This document shows, piece after piece, positions 9,852-18,618 of a stretch of DNA of 43,347 nucleotides; position 1 is the stretch's first letter, and each line of letters starts with the position of its first letter. The DNA is taken from the NCBI GenBank assembly GCA_903840375.1, contig CAIMFR010000072.1:1-43347 (forward strand), in the 5' to 3' direction. Source of the DNA: Candidatus Adlerbacteria bacterium (GTDB lineage Bacteria; Patescibacteriota; Minisyncoccia; Phycocordibacterales; SBAW01). The position numbers and the translations under genes were made by a program. Below the pieces are notes generated by a model. It was not told the DNA's origin and ran no database searches. It saw only the letters and a list, made by a program, of their open reading frames with translations.

Positions 9852-10706
9852 TCATCGTCTCATGAAGGCACTCCCGGCTGTAGCCAGCGCGGCTGCCTTG
9901 ATGGCATCGTTTTCATCATCTTCCTTCGGATCTTCCTTCGGATCTTCATGCCCGAGCCATTCGACAAGTTTGGGTGTAATGAGTTCCTCGTTGATCTCAT
10001 CGTCGTTCTGCCCGACCCACTCTTTAATATCCTCGATGACGCAGAGACCGACGTTCGAATACTCGTTTGACAGTCGACGCAAGGAGTCGAAGTGACTTCT
10101 GCCTACTGCGATAAAGAGCACGTACATACCGTATTTGCGCTTTTGCATTTCGTCGAACAAACGTTCAGTTGCATCCCTATCGTTATTCTCACCGTCCGTG
10201 TTGAACAGGACAAGCGACTTGCGCCTTTTCGATGCCGTGGATGCGGTCTTTGTGCCGAGCCCGAGTCCGGATTTCACTCGCGCCCAGGGACCCTTCGTTG
10301 GTCCAACATCTTCTTCGGACGGAGTCCATCCGAAGATTTCGAGATTCTTCCGAAGGACTGGTGCGAAGTCGGTGGCACCATTCCATCCGGGCACTTTGTC
10401 GAGGATCTCGCGTCCGACGAAACCGTGATAGTTGTCGGCGTTGACCATACCGACGTGGTGAACATGTGAAGGTCCATCACTGAAGGTGCACACATCGAGC
10501 TGCCTATCGGGATCGAAAACCAGACCCCAGGGAACGAGACGCGTCATCAGTGCGTTCGTCGTTCCGTCCCTGTGCAAACCCTCATATGAACCCGACACGT
10601 CGAGATCAAAACAAACTTCAACCTCCGGCGGAGTGATCATGCCTGCCTTTTCGAGGCAAACACGAAGATTCGCTGCGCTCTTGTTGAGATCGACTTTAAG
10701 AGTCAT
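9852..10706 (-). CDS. vWA domain protein (vWA-TerF-like)
   Basis: MIDAS motif DVSGS, GATDFAP, FNTDGEN and DPDRQLDV; lies in a Ter-gene neighbourhood. Confidence 0.8.
   Translation of the reverse strand: MTLKVDLNKSAANLRVCLEKAGMITPPEVEVCFDLDVSGSYEGLHRDGTTNALMTRLVPWGLVFDPDRQLDVCTFSDGPSHVHHVGMVNADNYHGFVGREILDKVPGWNGATDFAPVLRKNLEIFGWTPSEEDVGPTKGPWARVKSGLGLGTKTASTASKRRKSLVLFNTDGENNDRDATERLFDEMQKRKYGMYVLFIAVGRSHFDSLRRLSNEYSNVGLCVIEDIKEWVGQNDDEINEELITPKLVEWLGHEDPKEDPKEDDENDAIKAAALATAGSAFMRR
9919..9947. repeat. 12-bp tandem repeat (about 2.4 copies) encoding EDPK-EDPK-ED
   Basis: TCTTCCTTCGGA TCTTCCTTCGGA TCTTC, in frame in the vWA protein tail. Confidence 0.9.
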
Positions 10707-10720
10707 GATCCGATTCCCTT

Positions 10721-11707
10721 TTACTTAAGTCGGTTGATGATATCCTCAAGACCTTGCCGAAGCGTGTAGAGCTCCGTCTCGGTGTGTGAGGAGTGCTGGT
10801 ATGCAAGCGTTACGATCTCTATCCAAGCGGGCAGCGTATGCAACACACCATCTTGAACACGCGATACAAACTGCCCGAGAATGTCGGCGGTTTGGCCGCG
10901 CAACAGAATTCCCTGCCGGATATGAGCAACCGTCTCGGTGAGACTGATACTCCGATCCAGCAAAGACTGCTTGGTACGATCTTTACCATGTAAGAGCTCC
11001 TCGGCAATGTATCGGCCGGCGAGACTCTCCGCATCCAAGTCGTTGCAAAGTTTTTCAAACTCCGATGACAAAGATGCAAGTGATGACTCGACGTCGACAA
11101 TTGCCGGAAGCGCCTGGCCTAACAGAGTCCGAAGCTGATTCAGCTCATTGCCCGCCGCTTGGAATTTCTCCCAGACAGTTTCTTCCTTTCTCCAGAACAA
11201 GAGCCCTTGCGAACTCTTATGCCGGAGTGCCTCATCTAATTCTTCGAGTATCGCGTACAGACGGGCGAGATGTCTCTCGCTGTCTTGCACGACTTTCGAG
11301 CCGGTTAGCTCAAGGGATCTCTCCGTCAGCTCTCCGAATCGTTTTTGTATCTCGCCGCCCCACATTACACATTGTGAGTCAGTGAGTAGGTCGAGGACAA
11401 CACCTTCCAGAACATATCTCGCCGACTTCAACACTTCGACCGGCGTACCGGGAAAATGCCGAGTGAGATCTTCCACAGACACATGCGCACCCATTCGCAC
11501 AGTACCCGCGATCGCCGTAGGTCGAATTGGTGGCACAACGGCAGCTGCAGGAGACTGCGAATTAAGTTGAGACACAGGCGGTGCGATCACTGTCGGCTTA
11601 CGTTCTTTCGGAACTTCAGCAGGCATGCCGCATCGTATTACAGTCGGATGCACTCCGCCCGGACTACCGCCGGAGGGAGGTATCCTCGTACCGTTTTCCT
11701 CCGGCAT
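10721..11707 (-). CDS. TelA-like helical protein with Pro-rich N-terminus
   Basis: Start reassigned to MPEENG (GGAGG SD). WGGEIQ resembles TelA FGAEAQ and VLHTLPAW resembles TelA NTIPLW; long coiled-coil character. Confidence 0.6.
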   Translation of the reverse strand: MPEENGTRIPPSGGSPGGVHPTVIRCGMPAEVPKERKPTVIAPPVSQLNSQSPAAAVVPPIRPTAIAGTVRMGAHVSVEDLTRHFPGTPVEVLKSARYVLEGVVLDLLTDSQCVMWGGEIQKRFGELTERSLELTGSKVVQDSERHLARLYAILEELDEALRHKSSQGLLFWRKEETVWEKFQAAGNELNQLRTLLGQALPAIVDVESSLASLSSEFEKLCNDLDAESLAGRYIAEELLHGKDRTKQSLLDRSISLTETVAHIRQGILLRGQTADILGQFVSRVQDGVLHTLPAWIEIVTLAYQHSSHTETELYTLRQGLEDIINRLK

Positions 11708-11723
11708 CAGAACCTCCACGTTG

Positions 11724-12347
11724 TTACGAGAAGCTTTCGAGGATCGTGTTGAAGTCGCCGTTAAAGCCGACGCCGACCTCGGCGAATTCCCAACCGTTCG
11801 CGCCGAGCACGAGGCTGCCCATTTGGACGGCATCGGACTGCCCGAACTGCTTGGAGAGTTGATACTCGGCAAGCACGACACCTTGGTCGTTCTTGATGCG
11901 AATACCCGCCTTTGCTACCTCTGCGAACTTGACCCTGCCCGGCGGATGAATGGTGACGAAGATCGGGATCTCGTTCACCGACTCACCGATCTTGCTGCCG
12001 TCGATGGTGATCATCTCATCAACATTGTCGGGCTTGCCGGTGAGGGCGTCGCCGCTGTGGCGCAGCGAACCGCAAAGTGTTTGGAACGAACCGTCCGAGT
12101 TACGATCGAACTCACCGACTATCTTGCCGCCAACCTTGCGCTTGAAGACATAGGTACTCAACACCTGTTCGAAGCCGGAGACCTTAGCCCTATCGCCGTT
12201 ATTAGTGGCAAGCAGGGCATGTGCGTCCAGATCATGTTTGCTTTCCCAGAAAAGCTCGACCGAGAAAGTCTCGCCCTTCTTGAGATTGAGATGCAGCTTC
12301 GTGCCTTCATCGCCAGCTTTAACGAGACTCAATGTTTTAAGTGCCAT
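11724..12347 (-). CDS. terD: TerD family stress protein
   Basis: HDLDAHALL, RHSGDALTG..DEMITID, IFVTIH and WEFAEVGVGFNG follow the TerD pattern; AGGAG SD. Confidence 0.85.
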   Translation of the reverse strand: MALKTLSLVKAGDEGTKLHLNLKKGETFSVELFWESKHDLDAHALLATNNGDRAKVSGFEQVLSTYVFKRKVGGKIVGEFDRNSDGSFQTLCGSLRHSGDALTGKPDNVDEMITIDGSKIGESVNEIPIFVTIHPPGRVKFAEVAKAGIRIKNDQGVVLAEYQLSKQFGQSDAVQMGSLVLGANGWEFAEVGVGFNGDFNTILESFS

Positions 12348-12391
12348 GGTAGTCTCCTATTTGAATCGCCCATCTTGGGACTAGTGAATGG

Positions 12392-13483
12392 TCAGTAACT
12401 GACCGGCTGATCCGGCCGAACAGCTTTGGCTGTGCCAAGCATGATCTGCCGGGATTCTTCGAACAAATTGCGCACCTGCGCAAACTTTTGCGCGTTAGCG
12501 ATACGAGCCTGTTCAACAACCATAACGAGACTGCGGGTCTCGTTTGTGATCTGTTTGAGTTGATTCGCTTGCGCAAGACGATTGTCGCCAGCAGCATTCG
12601 CCGCGGTTCCAACCACATCATGCATCATACGACCACGCACTATGGCAAGATTCGTATCAAGCTGCGCACCCTGCTCCGCGAGCCGCTGAACACCTTTGGT
12701 GACTAGAGCACTATGGAGCGTGAGCAGTGTCATCTTGATACTGGTGAAACGTGCGGCCGCAGTGGTCGTCGTTTCGCCCAGAGTCGTGATGCCGGCGTTT
12801 TGCAACTGCCGGATGACGAGCTGATCCGCCGGAAGACGGTTCAGTATGCCTTCAAGCGCAAGCGTTCTGCTTTCAAGTGCCTGGAGCTTGTCGCGCAACT
12901 CGTCCAGACTCGCCTTTTGAGCGAGATCGGACGGGTCGGCGGATCGCTCCGCTTGCGCGACTTCACCGCGAGATCGTGCCAAGAACGCATTCATCTCCCT
13001 CACCGTGACGACAAAGTCGTCAAAGCGATCTCGATACGCGTCCCTGAGTTGCTCCATCCTGTCGATCTCTGCCTCCAGCCTTTGCTGCTCGGCTTCGAGA
13101 TCACGCTCCAGGCTGTTGACGAAGTCCACAAGAGTCTTCGTCTTTCCGGATGCGAGGCGACAGGTTTCTTCCCACGCCGCAGCCGCAGCTTTGGCGAGAA
13201 ATTTTTTGTTTATGAGCCCGATCACTCGGTCCAAAAGACCGAGCTTGTCGTCGAGGATTCGGTCGGCGAGTTGCGGCAAGTTTTCCTTGTCCACCTCACC
13301 TTTCATCCGTTCCACCAACTGGAACAGTCTGGCTTTTTCCAGTCCGTCCAGTCCTGACAAGAACCCGTCCAACGTTCCATGAAGTGCGACCTCTGCCCCA
13401 TTGCCGAGAGTGGCAATAACGCGCAGAGATGTCTCACGAATTGTGACAGAGGTGATGTTTGGAACAAAAACTTCCGTAGACAT
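12392..13483 (-). CDS. Toxic anion resistance protein (TelA/KlaB-like)
   Basis: 363-aa helical/coiled-coil protein with LQALESRTLALE...IRQLQNAG, located between DUF475 and terD; AAGGA SD. Confidence 0.65.
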   Translation of the reverse strand: MSTEVFVPNITSVTIRETSLRVIATLGNGAEVALHGTLDGFLSGLDGLEKARLFQLVERMKGEVDKENLPQLADRILDDKLGLLDRVIGLINKKFLAKAAAAAWEETCRLASGKTKTLVDFVNSLERDLEAEQQRLEAEIDRMEQLRDAYRDRFDDFVVTVREMNAFLARSRGEVAQAERSADPSDLAQKASLDELRDKLQALESRTLALEGILNRLPADQLVIRQLQNAGITTLGETTTTAAARFTSIKMTLLTLHSALVTKGVQRLAEQGAQLDTNLAIVRGRMMHDVVGTAANAAGDNRLAQANQLKQITNETRSLVMVVEQARIANAQKFAQVRNLFEESRQIMLGTAKAVRPDQPVSY

Positions 13484-13510
13484 CTTATTTTCCTTTCTTT
13501 TCCGTTACTA

Positions 13511-13601
13511 TTCTTTTGTCAAAGAAACACTCTACAGATACTCGATCACGTTCTGTGATCAAGTATCTGATAAAGTGGGTGAGTCGTGACAGACTCACCC
13601 A
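13511..13601 (-). promoter_or_regulatory. Three tandem stem-loops in the DUF475-telA spacer
   Basis: 10-bp stem TGGGTGAGTC/GACTCACCCA (13576-13601) followed on the minus strand by CTTTAT; 15-bp stem 13535-13569 with one U-G pair on the minus strand; 6-bp stem TTCTTT-GACA-AAAGAA (13511-13526). Confidence 0.6.
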
Positions 13602-13615
13602 AACTGCGCACCGAT

Positions 13616-14641
13616 TTATTTTTCGGCAGCCAGTCGTTCGCGACGATTGACTCGCACAGAACTCCAGAGGGCGCTGAGGATAAATGCCGCACCGATGAAA
13701 CCGGTCACCGTATCCGGCACTTCCACCTTGACACCGATGAACATGATTGCCGCGAGGGCGAGGATGGCCCAGAACGCGCCATGTTCAAGATAGCGATACT
13801 CGCCGAGCGTTCCTTTGTCCACCAAATATATGGTCAGGGAGCGCACGAACATCGCGCCGACGCCGAGACCTGCCGCGATGAGGAATAGATTGTTGCTCAC
13901 AGCAAACGCGCCGATGACACCGTCGAAACTGAACGATGCATCCAGAATCTCAAGGTACAAGAGCCCTCCGATCCCCTGCGCAACTTTCTTCCCCGTACTC
14001 CCGTCGCCACCGGAAAGCATCTGTCCGACAACACGCGCGCCGATGTAAGTGATGAACCCGAGCAATCCGGCAACGATGAACGCGTACTTTTCTCCATCAC
14101 CGAGCAACATAGTTGTCGCAAGCAGAACCGCCATGGTGATACCCGCTTCGACGGCAACTTCGTACTGACTCAATTTGACGAAAAACTTTTCCAATGGGAC
14201 GATCCAGTGATTCTCCTTCTCATCGTCGATGAAAAACTGGAGAGCCACCATCAACAGGAACGTCCCACCGAAAGCCGCGATCTGTTGGTGTGCCGAGATC
14301 AGCGCGTTCGCGTAGTCAGTCGGCCTGTGCATGGCGAGTTGGAGGGCTTCCAACATCCCGAGTCCTGTCGTCAGCGATACGATGACGACAGGAAATACGA
14401 GACGCATGCCAAACACGGCGATCGGCAATCCTACATAGATGAACAGACGCCGCCAAGCATGACTCCAGTTTTCGAGCACGGTTGCATTCACAACCGCATT
14501 ATCCAGGGACAGCGATGTCTCCAGAACTGCCAAGACAATAACAGTCCAAGCTCCGGCGACACCACCCAGCCAGAGGCCGAACAACAAGGCTACCCCAAGG
14601 GTCACGAACGACCCGTAAAAGTACGGCAGCAGTCTTTGCAT
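13616..14641 (-). CDS. DUF475 / TerC-like integral membrane protein
   Basis: LETSLSLDNAVVNA, IAVFGMRLVFP, LYLEILDASFSFDGVIGAFA and YRYLEHGAFWAI motifs; start at MQRLL after AGAGGT SD. Confidence 0.9.
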   Translation of the reverse strand: MQRLLPYFYGSFVTLGVALLFGLWLGGVAGAWTVIVLAVLETSLSLDNAVVNATVLENWSHAWRRLFIYVGLPIAVFGMRLVFPVVIVSLTTGLGMLEALQLAMHRPTDYANALISAHQQIAAFGGTFLLMVALQFFIDDEKENHWIVPLEKFFVKLSQYEVAVEAGITMAVLLATTMLLGDGEKYAFIVAGLLGFITYIGARVVGQMLSGGDGSTGKKVAQGIGGLLYLEILDASFSFDGVIGAFAVSNNLFLIAAGLGVGAMFVRSLTIYLVDKGTLGEYRYLEHGAFWAILALAAIMFIGVKVEVPDTVTGFIGAAFILSALWSSVRVNRRERLAAEK

Positions 14642-14692
14642 GATAATACCTCTTATAGTACATGGTTTGATGCTAAGGAACACGTTATAGAA

Positions 14693-14721
14693 ATATTACA
14701 TGACTATTATCAACAAGTCAA
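14693..14721 (-). promoter_or_regulatory. Sigma70-type promoter of the Ter-type operon
   Basis: TTGACT (14721-14716), 17-nt spacer, TAATAT (14698-14693). Confidence 0.6.
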
Positions 14722-14787
14722 TAGACTCGTTGACATACGGATAGCTTCCATGCTTAAATCGAGGTACTCTTCACTAATATATAATTT

Positions 14788-16020
14788 ATGGATATTGGCT
14801 CGATCGGCATCTATATATGTCTTTTCCTAGCCCTCTATTTTGAGGTGTTTTTGCTTATCTCATTCCTCGAGAAACGCCCGGATGCGCGCTCCACAAAACG
14901 CCCGTCGCGCTACCCAAGCGTTTCGATCCTCGTCCCTTGTTTCAATGAAGAGAGGACGGTCGCGAGCACCATCAATTCCCTCCTCGCACTCGACTATCCG
15001 AAAAAGAAATTGGAAATTGTTGTCATTGACGACGGCTCGACGGACGGCACGCGTGCCATTGCAGAATCATTTACGAAAAATCCGCGCGTCAAATATTTTT
15101 ATAAAAAGAACGGCGGCAAGTACACCGCGCTCAACTTCGGCATCGCACATTCGACAGGCGATATAATCGGCTGCCTTGACGCGGACTCATTCGCCGCACC
15201 TGACGCGTTGCTCGAGATGGTGAAGCGATTCGAGAGCGATCCAACCATCATGGCATGTACGCCGGTGATGAAAGTCTACAAGCCTCGCACCATGCTGGAG
15301 CTCATGCAGGCGGTCGAATACACCTTCGGTATTTTCTATAAAAAAATGTTCGACAACTTATCCGCACTGAACGTATTGCCCGGACCATTTTCCATGTATC
15401 GCCGCGCGGTATTCGACCAAATAGGCATCTTCCATCACGCACACAACACTGAGGACATGGAGATCGCGTTCCGCATGCAGTCATACGGATTAAAAATTGC
15501 AAATGCGCACACTGCGTTCGTCTACACGACCGTGCCGAAGACGATCCGTGCACTTATCAAACAGCGCACACGATGGTCGCAAGGCTTCCTGCAAAATTCG
15601 CGCGACTACTATTATATGTACCTCAATCCGCGTTTCGGACATTTCGGCATGCTGGTACTACCGATCGGCCTTACCGCATTTTTCGCCGGGATCTACACGG
15701 CAGGATATTCGCTCTATCACCTTCTTTCATTCCTAATAACGCGCGCGCTTGACCTGTTCACTACGCATATACCGCTGCATCTGCCGGTAGTCCAGCATTT
15801 CAACTGGCTCTACGTCAATGTAAACACACTGACATTCCTCATCTTTTTCATGATAGGCATGACCTTCATCGCCGTACTACTCGGCTCGCGCATCTCGGAA
15901 ACACGGCTCACCGTCAAGTCGTATATCTCATACTTCTTATTCTTCGGACTCATCGCACCATTGTGGCTCGTACAAGCCGCGTGGGGCGCTTTACTTGCCC
16001 GCGAGAGCTCTTGGCGGTAG
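14788..16020 (+). CDS. Processive GT2 glycosyltransferase (PgaC/IcaA/cellulose-synthase-like)
   Basis: VPCFNEE, DDGSTD, GGKYTALN, LDAD, TED and QRTRW (QxxRW) motifs; one N-terminal and several C-terminal TM helices. Confidence 0.9.
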   Translation: MDIGSIGIYICLFLALYFEVFLLISFLEKRPDARSTKRPSRYPSVSILVPCFNEERTVASTINSLLALDYPKKKLEIVVIDDGSTDGTRAIAESFTKNPRVKYFYKKNGGKYTALNFGIAHSTGDIIGCLDADSFAAPDALLEMVKRFESDPTIMACTPVMKVYKPRTMLELMQAVEYTFGIFYKKMFDNLSALNVLPGPFSMYRRAVFDQIGIFHHAHNTEDMEIAFRMQSYGLKIANAHTAFVYTTVPKTIRALIKQRTRWSQGFLQNSRDYYYMYLNPRFGHFGMLVLPIGLTAFFAGIYTAGYSLYHLLSFLITRALDLFTTHIPLHLPVVQHFNWLYVNVNTLTFLIFFMIGMTFIAVLLGSRISETRLTVKSYISYFLFFGLIAPLWLVQAAWGALLARESSWR

Positions 16021-16034
16021 AGTCCATTAATCCT

Positions 16035-16703
16035 ATGTCTTGGAAAAAATACATTCTTACCTTCGCAATAACTGCGACTATATTCGGCACAGCCTTTTAT
16101 GTTGCTTCCCAAATAGACGCGCAGCGCGTCGCGGATATTCGCACCACAGAGGATAACATCTCGATCGATATTCTCTCGACCGAGACCCAGTTCGAGCTCC
16201 TCGGCAACCTAGACTGCCAGGAGATCTCGGATAATCCCGTACTTTCAGAGGAGCTCAATTCCCTTGCCGGTCGCTTATCCGTGGCAGAGAGTAATCTTGG
16301 CGATAACAACACAGAAGTTATCGCATTGAAAAAACAATATTCATTGCTCGAGATAAAAGATTATTTATTGATGAAACAGATCTCGACGAAGTGCCACCTC
16401 AAGCCGGTGTATATCCTCTACTTCTACTCCAACGCCGGCGACTGCCCCGACTGTTCACGCGCGGGTGAAGTCCTCACCTACCTGCGACAGCAATATCCCG
16501 ACCTGCGCGTCTATTCGTTCGATTATAACCTCGACCTTTCCGCACTCAAGACACTCACCTCGCTCAGTGCGATAAAAGACGAACTACCTGCATTCATCAT
16601 CAACGGCCGCCAGCCGGTGTATGGTTTCAAAACCCTAGACGAAATGCAAACCCTCATCCCAGAACTAAAAACCCTCGCCACCTCGACCAGTGCTGTAAAA
16701 TAA
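16035..16703 (+). CDS. Membrane-anchored protein with C-terminal thioredoxin-like CxxC domain
   Basis: Start at MSWKKY; N-terminal TM; helical middle region; ILYFYS..CPDC, VYSFD and LPAFIING. Confidence 0.65.
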   Translation: MSWKKYILTFAITATIFGTAFYVASQIDAQRVADIRTTEDNISIDILSTETQFELLGNLDCQEISDNPVLSEELNSLAGRLSVAESNLGDNNTEVIALKKQYSLLEIKDYLLMKQISTKCHLKPVYILYFYSNAGDCPDCSRAGEVLTYLRQQYPDLRVYSFDYNLDLSALKTLTSLSAIKDELPAFIINGRQPVYGFKTLDEMQTLIPELKTLATSTSAVK

Positions 16704-16712
16704 TTTTCTCAG

Positions 16713-16785
16713 AGCCACCTCCCAGATTTGAACTGGGGACCTTCGCTTTACAAAAGCGCTGCTCTACCAACTGAGCTAAGGTGGC
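16713..16785 (-). tRNA. tRNA-Thr (anticodon TGT)
   Basis: GCCACCT TA GCTC AGTTGGTA GAGC A GCGCT TTTGTAA AGCGA AGGTC CCCAG TTCAAAT CTGGG AGGTGGC T forms a full cloverleaf. There is a G27-A43 mismatch and CCA is not encoded. Confidence 0.96.
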
Positions 16786-16807
16786 AAATATTACTGAACT
16801 CTTTGCA

Positions 16808-17218
16808 CTACTGCCGTATTGTGGACTTTTTGTCCCTGTAGCGCAAGAGCTTCTTTTTATGCTCGGCTACCTCACGCAAGAATGCTGATACTTCGCCCGA
16901 GCCGCGAGGTATCTCTGTGGTTCTGCGTACCATATGGAGCGTGTGCTCAAGAAGCTGCTCCAGCTTGATAGCAACACGAGCAGCTGTGTGGTGCGCAGAG
17001 ACACTTATCGCTCGCCATGCGCGGCGCGAATAGATCCGTATCAAAGTAGGCAGAATATGTCCGCACCAAAGCGATACGAAACGGAGTGCCCTGCTCATCT
17101 GAGGTCGGACATTCGTCAAACACACATTCCCGGTCTCAAGCTCCCAATGTCTCACGGAGAGTATCGCAACCATGCCGATTATGGCGAGTATAAATGTTGT
17201 GACAAAGAAAAAAACCAT
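16808..17218 (-). CDS. Hypothetical protein with N-terminal TM helix
   Basis: 136 aa, co-directional and 12 nt downstream of tsf; hydrophobic N-terminus and basic C-terminus (SAFLREVAEHKK). Confidence 0.65.
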   Translation of the reverse strand: MVFFFVTTFILAIIGMVAILSVRHWELETGNVCLTNVRPQMSRALRFVSLWCGHILPTLIRIYSRRAWRAISVSAHHTAARVAIKLEQLLEHTLHMVRRTTEIPRGSGEVSAFLREVAEHKKKLLRYRDKKSTIRQ

Positions 17219-17230
17219 GATAGATGCTTG

Positions 17231-17815
17231 CTAACGAACGGAGAAATGTGAGATCTTACTTACTTCGATTCGCTCGCCAAACTTCTGTGCTGCAGCAGAA
17301 AGCAAGTCATCTATCGTTTTGGTATCATCCTTAATGAACGGCTGATCGAGCAGCACTATCTCCTTTAGGCGCGAAGCCACTTTTCCGGAGAGTATTTGAG
17401 CTTGAAGATTTTCAGGCTTACCCACGACTTCCGGTGCGAATATCTCGCGAATGGAAGCCATCTGTGCCTCGTCTATATCTCCACGACGAACGTACTGTGG
17501 GTTTGTGGCTGCTGCATGCATCGCGATATCGCGCGCGAGCTTGATGAACTCCTCATTCTTGGATACGAAATCAGTCTCACACAAAAGAAGCACCATCGCG
17601 CCAACCTGACCAGTGTTGTGAATATATGCTGCGACTGTGCCGGCACCGAGTGTGCGATCTGCTTTCTTGCGGGCAACATCGGCACTCTTGCGCGACAGGA
17701 TCTGAATGGCCTTTTCCATATCTCCGCCGGATTCCTCAAGAGCCTTCTTGCACGCCATGACAGATATACCGGTTCGATCACGAAGCTCTTTAACTACATC
17801 TGCGCTAATGGCCAT
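17231..17815 (-). CDS. tsf: Elongation factor Ts (short form, 194 aa)
   Basis: VKELRDRTG..MACKKAL, LCETDFV, IAMHAAA and LLDQPFIKD motifs; follows rpsB. Confidence 0.95.
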   Translation of the reverse strand: MAISADVVKELRDRTGISVMACKKALEESGGDMEKAIQILSRKSADVARKKADRTLGAGTVAAYIHNTGQVGAMVLLLCETDFVSKNEEFIKLARDIAMHAAATNPQYVRRGDIDEAQMASIREIFAPEVVGKPENLQAQILSGKVASRLKEIVLLDQPFIKDDTKTIDDLLSAAAQKFGERIEVSKISHFSVR

Positions 17816-17866
17816 AAAAAATTTATATTATTTTTTTAAACGGCACAGAACACTACTCTGGAACTA

Positions 17867-18580
17867 TTATTTGACCGGGGTCGGCGGTGGCGGAACGATG
17901 CCGATATTGCTTTCGTATGTCTTTGCTACCTCGCCGAGCACGAACGCGATGGTCTGAAGCGATGCGTCATTTGCAGGGATCGAGTATGTGATAGCTTTAT
18001 TATCACAGTCTGAATTCAAAAGTGCGATGACCGGAATATTGAGCTGGCGAGCCTCTTCGACTGATCCGCTTTCTTTTCTCGGGTCGACGACAAAAAGTGC
18101 ATCCGGAAGCTTATGCATCGAGCGAAGACCGCCGAACATCGTTTCCAGGTCTGTTATCTCGCGGTCGATAAGAAGACGCTCATGTTTGGTGAACTTCGCC
18201 AACTCGCCTTTCTCTCGCATATCTGAAAGCTCCGTGAGGCGGTCGAGGCGCTTCTGAATCTGGGAAAAATTAGTGAGCGAACCCCCTATCCAGCGCGATG
18301 CGACGTATGGCTGATTGAGTCGCTGTGCCGCTCGGATAAGAGCCTCGCGCGCCTCTGCCTTGCCACCAACGAAGAGGATCGTCTTGCGCTGAGCGGCAAG
18401 CGACTTGATAAAATCTAAAGCCGTTTCCATGCAGCCGGCTGTCTTCTCAAGATCGAACAGCTCCGCACCGCCCTTTACGCCGAAAAGATACGGCGCGACA
18501 GACGGATGCCTACGCGACGGCGCATAGCCGAAATGAGCCCCGACTGAAAATAGTTTGTCTATTAGTTCGCTTTTTTCCAT
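17867..18580 (-). CDS. rpsB: 30S ribosomal protein S2
   Basis: GAHFG, ILFVGGK, RWIGGSLTNF, LPDALFVVDP and IPANDAS motifs; start at MEKSEL. Confidence 0.95.
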   Translation of the reverse strand: MEKSELIDKLFSVGAHFGYAPSRRHPSVAPYLFGVKGGAELFDLEKTAGCMETALDFIKSLAAQRKTILFVGGKAEAREALIRAAQRLNQPYVASRWIGGSLTNFSQIQKRLDRLTELSDMREKGELAKFTKHERLLIDREITDLETMFGGLRSMHKLPDALFVVDPRKESGSVEEARQLNIPVIALLNSDCDNKAITYSIPANDASLQTIAFVLGEVAKTYESNIGIVPPPPTPVK

Positions 18581-18618
18581 AGTAGGTGTACCAAAAGAGC
18601 GTAGCATGTTCGACCGCT

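Noticed and set aside
9852..9854. Alternative genetic code (UGA=Gly, as in Gracilibacteria/Absconditabacteria)
   Set aside because: Conserved genes are uninterrupted under code 11, and TGA ends genes at sensible positions, including ATGA stop/start overlaps at 28110-28113 and 34329-34332.
14642..14692. yybP-ykoY Mn riboswitch upstream of the TerC-like gene
   Set aside because: The predicted leader is only about 45 nt with no suitable paired structure, too short for the aptamer.
14730..14759. Plus-strand promoter for the GT2 gene beginning with TTGACA
   Set aside because: The -35 is perfect, but no convincing TAnnnT hexamer sits at 16-18 nt spacing, so it was not listed as a feature.
16704..16785. 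tRNA-Thr as the integration site for the Ter/GT2 region
   Set aside because: I found no duplicated tRNA 3' end (att site) or integrase in the window, so island boundaries cannot be supported.
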